Origin: Acidimicrobiales bacterium
Lineage (GTDB): Bacteria > Actinomycetota > Acidimicrobiia > Acidimicrobiales > CATQHL01
Assembly (NCBI GenBank): GCA_965206165.1
Contig: OZ242194.1
Coordinates: 367,451-431,450 of the forward strand
Length of the DNA stretch: 64,000 bases
Direction: 5' to 3'
Program-made: the position numbers and the translations under genes
The notes under the pieces: generated by a model
What the model was told of the DNA's origin: nothing
The model's database searches: none
The model's input: the letters and a program-made list of their open reading frames with translations, nothing else
Shown here: piece after piece, positions 55,477 to 64,000 of the stretch
Position numbering within the stretch: the stretch's first letter is position 1
Layout: each line of letters starts with the position of its first letter

Positions 55477-56676
55477 GTGCATGATGTGATGGATCTTCAA
55501 GGATATGCTGGCTGGATGCCGTTGGTAGACCGGCCGGTTGACGCCCGAAACCTGCACGAGGCCATATCCCATGCTCCGGTGACGCTGCTGACCGGCCCCC
55601 GTCAAGTGGGCAAGACCACCCTTGCCCGCCAGACCATTGCCTCGTCGCCATCGGCGTTCTACGACCTCGAGGACCATCGCGACCTCGCCCGCCTCGCCGA
55701 GCCGACGCTGGCGCTGCGCGACACCGGCGAGACAATCGTGATCGACGAGGCCCAGCGACTGCCGGAGTTGTTCCCGACGCTGCGAGTCCTCGTCGACGAG
55801 GATCGCCGGCCCGGCCGCTTCGTCGTGCTCGGCAGCGCGTCGCCCGATCTCATCGGCCTGGGTTCGGAGTCATTGGCCGGCCGAGTCACCTTTGTCGAGT
55901 TGGGGGGCTTGCGGCTTGCCGATGTCGGTGCGCAACGCCTGGACGACCTCTGGCTGCGCGGCGCCCTGCCCGAGTCGTTCGTCGCCGCAACCGACGAAGC
56001 ATCGAACCGCTGGCGCGACGACTACATCTCGACGTTCCTCGAGCGCGACCTGGCCAATCTGGGATTCCGGTTTCCGGCCACGACGATGCGGAGATTCTGG
56101 ACAATGCTGGCCCACTACCACGGTCAGACCTGGAACGGCGCCCGAATCGCCCGCTCTATCGACGTGTCGGAGTCAACCGTCAGGCGGTACATCGACGCGC
56201 TCACCGATGCCCTGATTGTTCGCCAGCTGCCGCCCTGGTTCGCCAACATCTCAAAGCGCCAGGTCAAGTCGCCCCGGGTCTACATCCGCGATTCGGGCGT
56301 GCTGCACCGCCTTCTGGGCATCGCCGGCATGCTCGACCTCGAGCGCTCGCCGATGCTCGGTGCCAGCTGGGAGGGCATGATCGTCGAACAGCTCCTGACC
56401 AGATTCACCCCCACCCATCCGGCTTACTGGTCGACCCACGGAGGCGCCGAACTCGACCTGCGCCTGGAGATCGACGGACGACTTCTGGGATTCGAGATCA
56501 AGCGCACCACCCGGCCATCGGTATCCAAATCGATGCACAGCGCCATTGCCGATCTCGACCTCGATCATCTGTTCGTCGTTCACGCCGGCCCCCACCGGTT
56601 CCCCCTCAACGAGCACGTCACCGCCATCAGTGCCGTCGAACTCCTGACAGGAACAAACCCGCTCGCCGGCCCGTGA
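55477..56676 (+). CDS. AAA ATPase with DUF4143 domain
   Basis: Walker [10 protein letters not shown], Walker [11 protein letters not shown] and a C-terminal DUF4143-like region. GTG start, with alternative starts slightly downstream. Confidence 0.75.
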   Translation: MHDVMDLQGYAGWMPLVDRPVDARNLHEAISHAPVTLLTGPRQVGKTTLARQTIASSPSAFYDLEDHRDLARLAEPTLALRDTGETIVIDEAQRLPELFPTLRVLVDEDRRPGRFVVLGSASPDLIGLGSESLAGRVTFVELGGLRLADVGAQRLDDLWLRGALPESFVAATDEASNRWRDDYISTFLERDLANLGFRFPATTMRRFWTMLAHYHGQTWNGARIARSIDVSESTVRRYIDALTDALIVRQLPPWFANISKRQVKSPRVYIRDSGVLHRLLGIAGMLDLERSPMLGASWEGMIVEQLLTRFTPTHPAYWSTHGGAELDLRLEIDGRLLGFEIKRTTRPSVSKSMHSAIADLDLDHLFVVHAGPHRFPLNEHVTAISAVELLTGTNPLAGP

Positions 56677-56759
56677 GCGACCAAGTGCGAGTTGTGCGAC
56701 GACGTGAGGGGCTCGCTGAACAAGCGTGGGGCGGGGGCAGCCACCTCCCGCCATCGCTG

Positions 56760-57704
56760 TCAGGAGAAGCCGGTGATGGCTCCTGGGTCGGCGCGCGGAT
56801 CCCGAGGCCCCCACACCCCGGCCGCTACCCGGCTCAGGAAGTCGGCTATGAGGGTGTTGACGAGGTCGGGCTCTTCGATGTTCAGCGTGTGACCCGACTT
56901 CGGAAGGACGGCGAGGCCGGCCGTTGGGATCACCCTCTTCAGCCACACGCTTGTCTCCAGGCAGCCATCGTCCTCGTCGCCGGCCAGGACGAGCACCGGC
57001 GTCGTGATCGCCGCTAGTTCGGCCTCCAGGGCGTAGAGCGACGGCCTTCCCCGCTGCACGCCGCGCATCGTGGCGGCCGAACCTTGCGCCGAATGCTCGC
57101 TCAGCCATTTGGTGTACTCCCGCCAGGCGCGGGGGTCCTTGTTCTGCAGTTGTACCCGCGACGGACCGGACATGTACTGCCGGGCGAAGGCACCGATCCC
57201 CGCGGTCTCGATCACCTCGGCGATGGCATCGCACTCCCCGCGGAAGCGGTCAACCTCGCCGGGGCGGGCGCCGTAACCCGTGCCGGCCGCGACCAGCGAC
57301 CGGACTCGCCCCGGATGGTGCATGGCGAGGTGCAATCCGGCGAAGCCCCCCATGGAGATCCCGACGACGTGCGCCTCCCCGACCCCATGAGCGTCCAGTA
57401 CCGCGACGACGTCGTCGACGGCGTGCTGCTGGGAATACGCGGCGGGATCGGCGGGGACCTGCGACGGGGGATACCCCCGGGCGCCGTAGGTGATGCAGCG
57501 GTGGCTCCGCGAGAACCGCCGCATCTGCGGCTCCCACGTGCGATGGTCGCCGGCGAACTCGTGGATGAAGAGGATCGGGTCGCCGCTCCCCACCGACTCG
57601 GTGTGCAACGTCACGCCGTCGGCGGTCGTAACCACCTGCGCAGACATCTCTAAGGCTGCTTCCACGTCCATCACCCCCGTCGTTCGGCACCTCTTGTAGG
57701 TCAT
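56760..57704 (-). CDS. Alpha/beta hydrolase
   Basis: HEFAGD oxyanion region and nucleophile elbow GISMGG. The start is uncertain (57704, 57671 or 57647). Confidence 0.8.
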   Translation of the reverse strand: MTYKRCRTTGVMDVEAALEMSAQVVTTADGVTLHTESVGSGDPILFIHEFAGDHRTWEPQMRRFSRSHRCITYGARGYPPSQVPADPAAYSQQHAVDDVVAVLDAHGVGEAHVVGISMGGFAGLHLAMHHPGRVRSLVAAGTGYGARPGEVDRFRGECDAIAEVIETAGIGAFARQYMSGPSRVQLQNKDPRAWREYTKWLSEHSAQGSAATMRGVQRGRPSLYALEAELAAITTPVLVLAGDEDDGCLETSVWLKRVIPTAGLAVLPKSGHTLNIEEPDLVNTLIADFLSRVAAGVWGPRDPRADPGAITGFS

Positions 57705-57706
57705 CT

Positions 57707-58408
57707 ATGGTGAACGACGTGACCGACGGGCGCAACCCACCGCTGGCCCGGTCGGGCCGGCGCGACGAGATCGTCGAGTTCGTGATGTCGTCGGAGCGGC
57801 GCCGCAACGCGGTCGACAGCGCCTTCCTGGACCGGTTGAACGAGGCCATCAGCGATGCCGAGGAGCGGCAGTCGGCGACGCTGGTGTTCCGCTCGACGCT
57901 CCCCGGGGTGTTCAGCTCCGGCGCCGACCTCACGCTCCCCGACGCCGAGCGGGCAGACGTGTCCGACGGCCTCTACGCCACCTACCAGCGGATGCTCCGC
58001 TCGCCGGTCATCTTCGTGGCCGACGTCGCCGGCGCCGCCGTGGGCGGGGGCGCCCAGCTCTGCCTCGCCGCCGATATCTGCATGGTCACACCCGATGCCT
58101 GGTTCCGCTTCGCCGGTGTCGGCCACGGGTTGGCCGTGAGCGCCTGGGCCCTGGTGAGCACCGTCGGGCGCCACGCAGCAGCCGACATGTGCCTGACGAT
58201 GCGCAAGGTGGACGCCGCCGAGGCCATCGGGCTGGGGCTGGCGACACCCCGGCGGGACGAACTCGTCGCCGAGATCGCCCGGACGGACCCAGCGGCTCGC
58301 CGGCGCCTGAAAGAACTGCTGACCGCCGAAGTGCACGAGCCGCTGCAGCAGGAACGGAGGGGAAACCGTGATAACTGGACCGGGAGCATCCAGGGACTGC
58401 GCCGCTAG
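57707..58408 (+). CDS. Enoyl-CoA hydratase/isomerase (crotonase) family protein
   Basis: RRNAVDSAFLDRL, VFSSGADL and AAVGGGAQLCLAADI. Confidence 0.8.
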   Translation: MVNDVTDGRNPPLARSGRRDEIVEFVMSSERRRNAVDSAFLDRLNEAISDAEERQSATLVFRSTLPGVFSSGADLTLPDAERADVSDGLYATYQRMLRSPVIFVADVAGAAVGGGAQLCLAADICMVTPDAWFRFAGVGHGLAVSAWALVSTVGRHAAADMCLTMRKVDAAEAIGLGLATPRRDELVAEIARTDPAARRRLKELLTAEVHEPLQQERRGNRDNWTGSIQGLRR

Positions 58409-58481
58409 GGATGTGCTGAGTCATCGGTCCGCAGCGTCGGTCGACCGCTGGACTGTGGATTCCGGCCTTCGCCGGAATGAC
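58406..58481. repeat. REP-like element (stop box plus inverted hairpin core)
   Basis: TAGGGATGTGCTGAGTCA, whose TAG is the crotonase stop (58406-58408), followed by cgctggactgtggATTCCGGCcttcGCCGGAATgac (58446-58481). Confidence 0.8.
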
Positions 58482-58531
58482 GAGAGGAATAGTCCGAACT
58501 TGACTCGGCAACCGGCAGGCGAACCGGTCGC

Positions 58532-60148
58532 TTGCCCATCGGGGGGCGGCCAGAGAACGTGACAGCCGCACACCGACCGCAAGAAGAGCCTGTCGACAGC
58601 GCTACGTTGCGTGCCTGGCGGATGCACGATCCGACCCTCCCGCCGACACCCGACCTCGCGCGGCTCTCCCGCCGGCTCCGGCGCGGCTCCATCTCGCGGG
58701 CGCTGCGCCAACGAGCCCTCACCGGCTCGACGAACTCGCGGATCGGCGTGGACGGTGAGCACATCGGCCTGCGAGAGCTGCACAGCCAGACCGAAGCCCT
58801 CGCGGCGACGCTGGCCCGCAAAGGCGTGGACCGGGCACACCCAACACTCCTGGCCGCCCCGACGTCGCTGGACTTCATCAGGTGCTACCTGGCGCTGCTG
58901 GCCGTTCGCTCCCCCGTCGTGCTCGCCAACCCGTCGGCCACGGCACCCGAACTCGAAGCGCAGATGGCCGCGGCGTCGGTGTCGGTGGCGATCACCGGCG
59001 GCCAGGCAACCGACACGCTCGCCGGCCTCGCCACCGGTACGTCCGTGGCGCACTGGCCGATCACCGGTCTGGACTACAACGGTGGCGGCACCCTGGGGCA
59101 CACGCACCTTCCCCGCTCGGGCGACGTGGCCGTCTGCGCGTTCACCTCGGGGACGACGGGCGCACCCAAGTTGACCCCGTTGCGCCACGGAGACATCCAG
59201 GCATCCATCCGCAGCGCCATGACCGCTTGGCGTTGGCACCGCGACGACGTCCTGGTCCATGCGCTTCCGATGTACCACCAGCACGGGCTCAGCGCCCTCC
59301 ATGCCGCCGTGCTGAGCGGCTCGTCGCTGCACTGCCTCTCCCGGTTCGACCCCGAACGGCTCATCGACGAGGCCAAGCGGCGCCACGCCTCGGTCGTCTT
59401 CGCCGTCCCCGCCATGTGGGAACGCATCACGAGCGCCTATGCGACCGTGGATGCGCCCCACCTGCGCCTGCTCATCTCGGGCTCGGCCCCGCTGCCGGCG
59501 ACCCTGTTCGAGCGGATCAACGACGTCTTCGGCCAACCTCCCCTGGAGCGCTACGGGACGACCGAGTCGGGGCTCAACGTCTCGAACCTCTACGACGGCC
59601 CCCGGCAACCCGGCGGCGTGGGATACCCGCTGCCCGGCGTCGAGATCACCATCGACAACAAGACGGGCGAGATCTCCGTGCGGGGTCCGCAGGTCTTTGC
59701 CGGCTACGCGGGCCGGACGCCCCGCGCGGAGGCCGAATGGTTCCCAACCGGTGATCTGGCAAGACGCGACCCGGACACCGGCGCGGTCACGATCACGGGG
59801 CGTTCAAAGGACATCATCATCACCGGAGGCATGAACGTCCTGCCCCGGGAGGTGGAGGACGTGCTGGCCCGCCACCGGGCCGTCGACGCCGTGGCCGTTG
59901 TCGGTGCGCCGTCGAAGCGCTGGGGCGAGGAGGTCACCGCGTTCGTGGTCAGTGCCCAGGGCTTCACGCCCGACGAGCTTCGCCGCTGGGCCCGGCAGCA
60001 ACTGAGCGGCTACAAGGTTCCGAAGCGCTTCCATCCCATCGCGGACATCCCCCGGAACCCGACCGGGAAGGTCATGCGGAACGAACTCGTCGAACGCGCT
60101 GTAACCCTCGCTGAGCAGCCGGAGGGGCACAAAACCGACGAGGTGTGA
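58532..60148 (+). CDS. Acyl-CoA synthetase (AMP-binding enzyme)
   Basis: FTSGTTGAPK, YGTTES, WFPTGDLA and GRSKDIIITGGMNV. The exact start is uncertain. Confidence 0.8.
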   Translation: MPIGGRPENVTAAHRPQEEPVDSATLRAWRMHDPTLPPTPDLARLSRRLRRGSISRALRQRALTGSTNSRIGVDGEHIGLRELHSQTEALAATLARKGVDRAHPTLLAAPTSLDFIRCYLALLAVRSPVVLANPSATAPELEAQMAAASVSVAITGGQATDTLAGLATGTSVAHWPITGLDYNGGGTLGHTHLPRSGDVAVCAFTSGTTGAPKLTPLRHGDIQASIRSAMTAWRWHRDDVLVHALPMYHQHGLSALHAAVLSGSSLHCLSRFDPERLIDEAKRRHASVVFAVPAMWERITSAYATVDAPHLRLLISGSAPLPATLFERINDVFGQPPLERYGTTESGLNVSNLYDGPRQPGGVGYPLPGVEITIDNKTGEISVRGPQVFAGYAGRTPRAEAEWFPTGDLARRDPDTGAVTITGRSKDIIITGGMNVLPREVEDVLARHRAVDAVAVVGAPSKRWGEEVTAFVVSAQGFTPDELRRWARQQLSGYKVPKRFHPIADIPRNPTGKVMRNELVERAVTLAEQPEGHKTDEV

Positions 60149-60277
60149 GGCCCAACCCCTGCGACCGGCACGTACCGAGGCCGCTCACTAGCATCGGACT
60201 CACCGCGGTCCCTCAAGAAGCATGGTCTCAGTCCCCTGCCAGCCGGACGCACCGCGGTCGAACCGAAGGGGAAGTCA

Positions 60278-62149
60278 ATGCCGTCCACTCTGCTGCGAAC
60301 CACCTGCTCCCGGCGATTCCATCGGCTGCTCGCCACAGCGATCACGGTCGTTCTGGTCGCCGCCGCGTGCGGCGGGGGCGGTGGTGACGACAGTTCACGC
60401 GCGTCTGAGCCCATTGCGGTACCTGCTCCGCCCACCGCACCCGGCGACCCACCACCACCGCCACCCGCACCCGGCGACCCGCCAGCACCGCCACCCGCAC
60501 CCGGCGACCCACCACCACCGCCACCCGCACCCGGCGACCCACCACCACCGCCACCCGCACCCGGCGACCCGCCAGCACCGCCACCCGCACCCGGCGACCC
60601 ACCACCACCGCCCGATGCCCCGCAGCCCCCGCCGCCGGCCCCGGTCGCAGCGCCCGAGCCGGTCTCCGAGCCGGTCTACGGAGGCGAGTTGGTGTTCGGC
60701 CTCGAGGGGGAGACGCCCGACGGCTGGAACCCGGCGACGACGCAGTGCGCCGTGGCCTGCCACACCGTGATGCGCGCCATCTTCGACCCGCTCACCATCC
60801 AGGACGACTCCGGAGCGACCCGGCCCTACCTCTTGGAATCCTTCGAGTCGAACGAGGACTTCACCGTCTGGACGCTGCGGATGCGCCCCGGCATCACCTT
60901 CCATGACGGAACGCCGGCCGACGCCAACGCCGTGTCCACGCACTTCGACGCCCTGCGGAAGGGCACCCTCACCGGCCAGGTCATGCGACCTCTGGATAGC
61001 TGGACGGTCATCGACGATCTCACCCTCGAGGTGCAGAACAACCGGTCCTTCGCCGGTCTGCCCGACATGCTGACGGGCCAGATGGGCTACCTGACCGCAC
61101 CGAGCCAGCACGCCGACCCCGACGGGGCGGCCAACCCGGTTGGCACCGGGCCGTTCGTCTTCAACTCCTGGATCCCCAATCAGCATCTGGTCGTGGACCG
61201 CAACCCCAACTACTGGAAGACCGACGCCGAGGGGCGCTCCCTGCCCTACCTGGACCGCGTGGTGTTCCGATCTATCCCCGACGGCGACACCCGGAGACTG
61301 GCCCTGCGATCGGGCGACCTGGACGTGTACCACGTCAACGACCCCCTGATTGCCACCGACAACAGGGAGAACCACAAGGTCGTGGAGGAGGGCAGTTTCT
61401 TCCAGACCGTCTACATGTTGCTCAACAACGCCAAGCCGCCCTTTGACGACATCCGCGCCCGTCGGGCGGTGGCGCACTGCACCGACTACGAGACCTACAA
61501 CCTCCTGCGTGCGGGCGGCAACGTCCCCATCGCCAACGGTCCGTTCGGGCCGAACACCCCCGGCTACCTCGCCGACACGGGGTTCCCCACCTACGACCCC
61601 GAGGCCGGGCGGGCCCTCTGGAGCCAACTCGACAACCCCGGAACCGTCGAACTCGGAACCACGAACAACCCCGTGAACCTGATCACCACCGAACTCGTCG
61701 CCCAGATGTGGAACGGCTGCGGTATCGACACCACGATCACCCAGTACGACCAGGGAACCCTCATCCTCAACGCCGTGATAGGGAACTTCCAGACGTTCCT
61801 GTGGCGGAACCACAACGGAGCCAGCCTGGAGGCCGAGCGCATCTGGTGGCACACCGAGTACGCCAGCGGCCTGGCCATCAACTTCGGGCGCATCCTGAGC
61901 CCCCGGATCGACGCTGCCCTGGACGCGGCATCACAGACAGCGGACCGCGACGAACTGCGGGCGCTCGCCGAGGACATCAACCGCGCCTTTGCCGAGGACG
62001 TGCACAACGTCTGGCTAACTTGGTCGCTATGGATGCTCCCCCACCAGGACCACGTCCAGAACCTAGCGCTGCTGACGCTGCCCGACGGGCGCGAAATCCT
62101 TAACCTCATCGAGGGTCGCGCGTTCCTCACCGAGACCTGGATCGAGTAG
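60278..62149 (+). CDS. ABC transporter substrate-binding lipoprotein (family 5, peptide/nickel type) with Pro-rich linker
   Basis: Lipobox VAAACGGG, six APGDPP(P/A)PPP decapeptides, then the family-5 SBP core (TVWTLRMRPGITFHDGTPADANAV...). Confidence 0.85.
   Translation: MPSTLLRTTCSRRFHRLLATAITVVLVAAACGGGGGDDSSRASEPIAVPAPPTAPGDPPPPPPAPGDPPAPPPAPGDPPPPPPAPGDPPPPPPAPGDPPAPPPAPGDPPPPPDAPQPPPPAPVAAPEPVSEPVYGGELVFGLEGETPDGWNPATTQCAVACHTVMRAIFDPLTIQDDSGATRPYLLESFESNEDFTVWTLRMRPGITFHDGTPADANAVSTHFDALRKGTLTGQVMRPLDSWTVIDDLTLEVQNNRSFAGLPDMLTGQMGYLTAPSQHADPDGAANPVGTGPFVFNSWIPNQHLVVDRNPNYWKTDAEGRSLPYLDRVVFRSIPDGDTRRLALRSGDLDVYHVNDPLIATDNRENHKVVEEGSFFQTVYMLLNNAKPPFDDIRARRAVAHCTDYETYNLLRAGGNVPIANGPFGPNTPGYLADTGFPTYDPEAGRALWSQLDNPGTVELGTTNNPVNLITTELVAQMWNGCGIDTTITQYDQGTLILNAVIGNFQTFLWRNHNGASLEAERIWWHTEYASGLAINFGRILSPRIDAALDAASQTADRDELRALAEDINRAFAEDVHNVWLTWSLWMLPHQDHVQNLALLTLPDGREILNLIEGRAFLTETWIE
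60437..60616 (+). repeat. 30-bp in-frame tandem repeat x6 within the SBP gene
   Basis: gcacccggcgaccc(a/g)cca(c/g)caccgccaccc units start at 60437, 60467, 60497, 60527, 60557 and 60587. Two sequence variants occur in the order A B A A B A. Confidence 0.9.
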
Positions 62150-62182
62150 CGAACCGGCCGAATCCCTTGGTGGAGTAGAGCA

Positions 62183-63778
62183 TTGAGGCAGGCCGCGCCT
62201 AACAGAACAGCCCCGCACCTGCTCGCCATCGGCGTGACGTTCCTGCTGCTCGCCGCGGCCTGCAGCGGTGACGATGGCTCGTCGCAGCCGACCACTGGGC
62301 CCGTCTACGGCGGGACGCTGATCTTCGGCCTGGAAGCGGAGACCTCCGACGGTTGGAATCCCGCCACCACGCAGTGCGCCGTCTCGTGCCACACCGTGAT
62401 GCGCGCCGTCTTCGACCCGTTGGTCCTCAACGACTCCGACGGCGTGCCGCAGCCCTACCTGCTGGAGTCCTTCGATGCCAACGAGGACTTCACCGTCTGG
62501 ACGTTCAGGATGCGTCCCGGCATCAAGTTCCACGACGGGACGCCCGCGGACGCCCACGCCCTGGCCACACACTTCCGGAACCTTCTGGCAGGCGCCCTCG
62601 CGGGCCAGACCCTGCGACGGCTGGATAGCTGGGAGGTGATCGATGATCTGACACTCGAACTGCACTCCAGCGTCCCCTTCGCCGGCCTTCCCGGTGGCCT
62701 GACCGGTCAATTGGGCTACATGCCCGCCCCCAGCCAGTACGCCGATCCCGACGGCGCCGCCAACCCGGTGGGAACAGGACCGTTTGTCTTCAAGTCGTGG
62801 ATTCCCGACGCGGAACTCGTCGTGGAACGCAATCCCGACTACTGGCGCACCGACGCCGAAGGGCGTGCCGTGCCGTACCTCGACCGGATCGTGTTCCGAC
62901 CCATCGTCGAGTCGGACTCCCGGAAGCTGGCCCTCCAACTCGGAGACATCGATGCCACGCACTCCGACAACGGGCTCGACTTCAACGACTACCGGGAGAA
63001 CTTCGACACGGTCGAGGAGCGCAGCTTCCTGCAGACACACCACCTGCTGATCAACAATGCCAAGGCGCCCTTTGACGACATCGGTGCCCGGAGGGCACTC
63101 GCCCACTGCACCGACCACGAGACCTACAACCTGCTGCGCACCGCGGGCAACTTCGACATCGCCAACGGTCCGTTCGCGCCGAACACACCCGGTTACCTGG
63201 CCGGCACCGGGTTCCCCGGCTACGACCTCCAAGCCGGTCGCGCGCTCTGGGCACAGGTCCCCGACCCGGGCACGATCCAACTCGGCACCACCAGCGATCC
63301 GTTCGACCGGACATCCACCGAACTGCTCGCCCAGATGTGGGACGACTGCGGCATCGACGTCCAGATCACCCAAGTCGACCAGGGCGCCCTGATCCTCAAC
63401 GCCGTCATGGGGAACTTCCAGGTGAACCTATGGCGCAACCACGACGGCATCAGCCTGGCGACCGAGCGCGTCTGGTGGCACTCCAACTTCTCCACCGGAC
63501 TGGCCCTCAACCTCGGGCGCATCCAGAACGAGTCACTCGACGCAGCCCTTGACGAGGCAACCGTGACCACCGACCGCGACGAGTTGCGACAGATCGCAGA
63601 GAAGGTCAACCGGATCCTCGCCGAGGGCATCCACAACATCTGGTTGCACTGGGTGAAATGGATTCTGCCCCACCGTGACGAGGTCCGGAATCTTGCCCGG
63701 ATCACGCTGCCGGAGGGGGGCGAACTCCTGAACATCCTGCAGGGGCGAGCGTTCCTGACCGAGACTTGGCTCGGCTAA
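62183..63778 (+). CDS. ABC transporter substrate-binding lipoprotein (family 5), paralog
   Basis: Lipobox LLAAACSG. Collinear with 60278-62149 minus the Pro-rich linker (TVWTFRMRPGIKFHDGTPADAHAL...). Confidence 0.85.
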   Translation: MRQAAPNRTAPHLLAIGVTFLLLAAACSGDDGSSQPTTGPVYGGTLIFGLEAETSDGWNPATTQCAVSCHTVMRAVFDPLVLNDSDGVPQPYLLESFDANEDFTVWTFRMRPGIKFHDGTPADAHALATHFRNLLAGALAGQTLRRLDSWEVIDDLTLELHSSVPFAGLPGGLTGQLGYMPAPSQYADPDGAANPVGTGPFVFKSWIPDAELVVERNPDYWRTDAEGRAVPYLDRIVFRPIVESDSRKLALQLGDIDATHSDNGLDFNDYRENFDTVEERSFLQTHHLLINNAKAPFDDIGARRALAHCTDHETYNLLRTAGNFDIANGPFAPNTPGYLAGTGFPGYDLQAGRALWAQVPDPGTIQLGTTSDPFDRTSTELLAQMWDDCGIDVQITQVDQGALILNAVMGNFQVNLWRNHDGISLATERVWWHSNFSTGLALNLGRIQNESLDAALDEATVTTDRDELRQIAEKVNRILAEGIHNIWLHWVKWILPHRDEVRNLARITLPEGGELLNILQGRAFLTETWLG

Positions 63779-63901
63779 CACGTCCGCGGCACGTGTAGGA
63801 CTCGCTCACTAACATTCGGACACACCCTGATCCGGTGAGCCCTGCTCATCCACCGCGCAACTCGCCCCACGCACCGCGGCACCACAGGAACGGAGCATGT
63901 C

Positions 63902-64000
63902 ATGCCGGCCACCCCTCACCGAAGCAGTCGCCGCCGGAGAGTTCCGCTGGTCATCGCAGCCCTGACAGCCGTCCTGCTGCTCACCGCTGCTTGCGGGGGA
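63902..64000 (+). CDS. Lipoprotein, 3' end outside window (probably a third SBP paralog)
   Basis: MPATPHRSSRRRRVPLVIAALTAVLLLTAACGG has a basic n-region, a hydrophobic core and a lipobox. It sits in the same position and orientation as the two preceding SBP genes. Confidence 0.5.
   Translation, partial: MPATPHRSSRRRRVPLVIAALTAVLLLTAACGG

Overview
High-G+C, actinobacterium-like chromosomal window with compact genes, GAGGAG-type RBSs and many spurious antisense ORFs. Three blocks are visible. (1) 1-30.9 kb holds metabolic and accessory genes: a VapC-like PIN toxin fragment, a SWIM zinc-finger protein, five SDR oxidoreductases, an IlvD/Edd dehydratase, an acyl-CoA synthetase, an acyl-CoA dehydrogenase, a VOC protein, a class II Fic protein, a class II aldolase, a secreted HExxH metalloprotease with a frameshift, a CocE/NonD hydrolase, a GltS-like FMN enzyme, a YHYH lipoprotein and an AlkD-like protein. 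It also holds three tandem YfbK-like vWA lipoprotein paralogs, each behind an identically spaced ECF-sigma-type promoter (GGAAC-N17-CGTCT). (2) About 30.9-56.7 kb is a mosaic accessory/defence island. It contains a DUF222/HNH (13E12-type) gene, an ASCH protein, an SF1 helicase plus putative DUF2290 pair, an orphan PLD(HKD)-nuclease/SF3-like P-loop NTPase fusion, and a complete type I R-M operon (hsdMSR). It also contains a visibly A/T-richer operon of a GHKL ATPase fused to a PD-(D/E)xK nuclease plus a DNA methyltransferase, an MNT/HepT module whose toxin has an in-frame amber codon, an AlbA_2/HATPase_c_4 protein flanked by 88-bp tandem repeats, a DUF4143 AAA ATPase, and several gene remnants and repeat families. 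(3) 56.7-64 kb holds an alpha/beta hydrolase, a crotonase, an acyl-CoA synthetase and three tandem family-5 ABC substrate-binding lipoproteins. A REP-like intergenic element (a box with stop codons in all three frames plus an 8-bp-stem hairpin) recurs at least seven times at gene 3' ends. No rRNA, tRNA, CRISPR array or intact transposase/integrase was found. The best candidates for undescribed biology are the PLD-SF3-like fusion (37566-39770) and the GHKL-nuclease/methylase operon (46906-50675). All family assignments are motif reading by eye and need HMM or structure confirmation.
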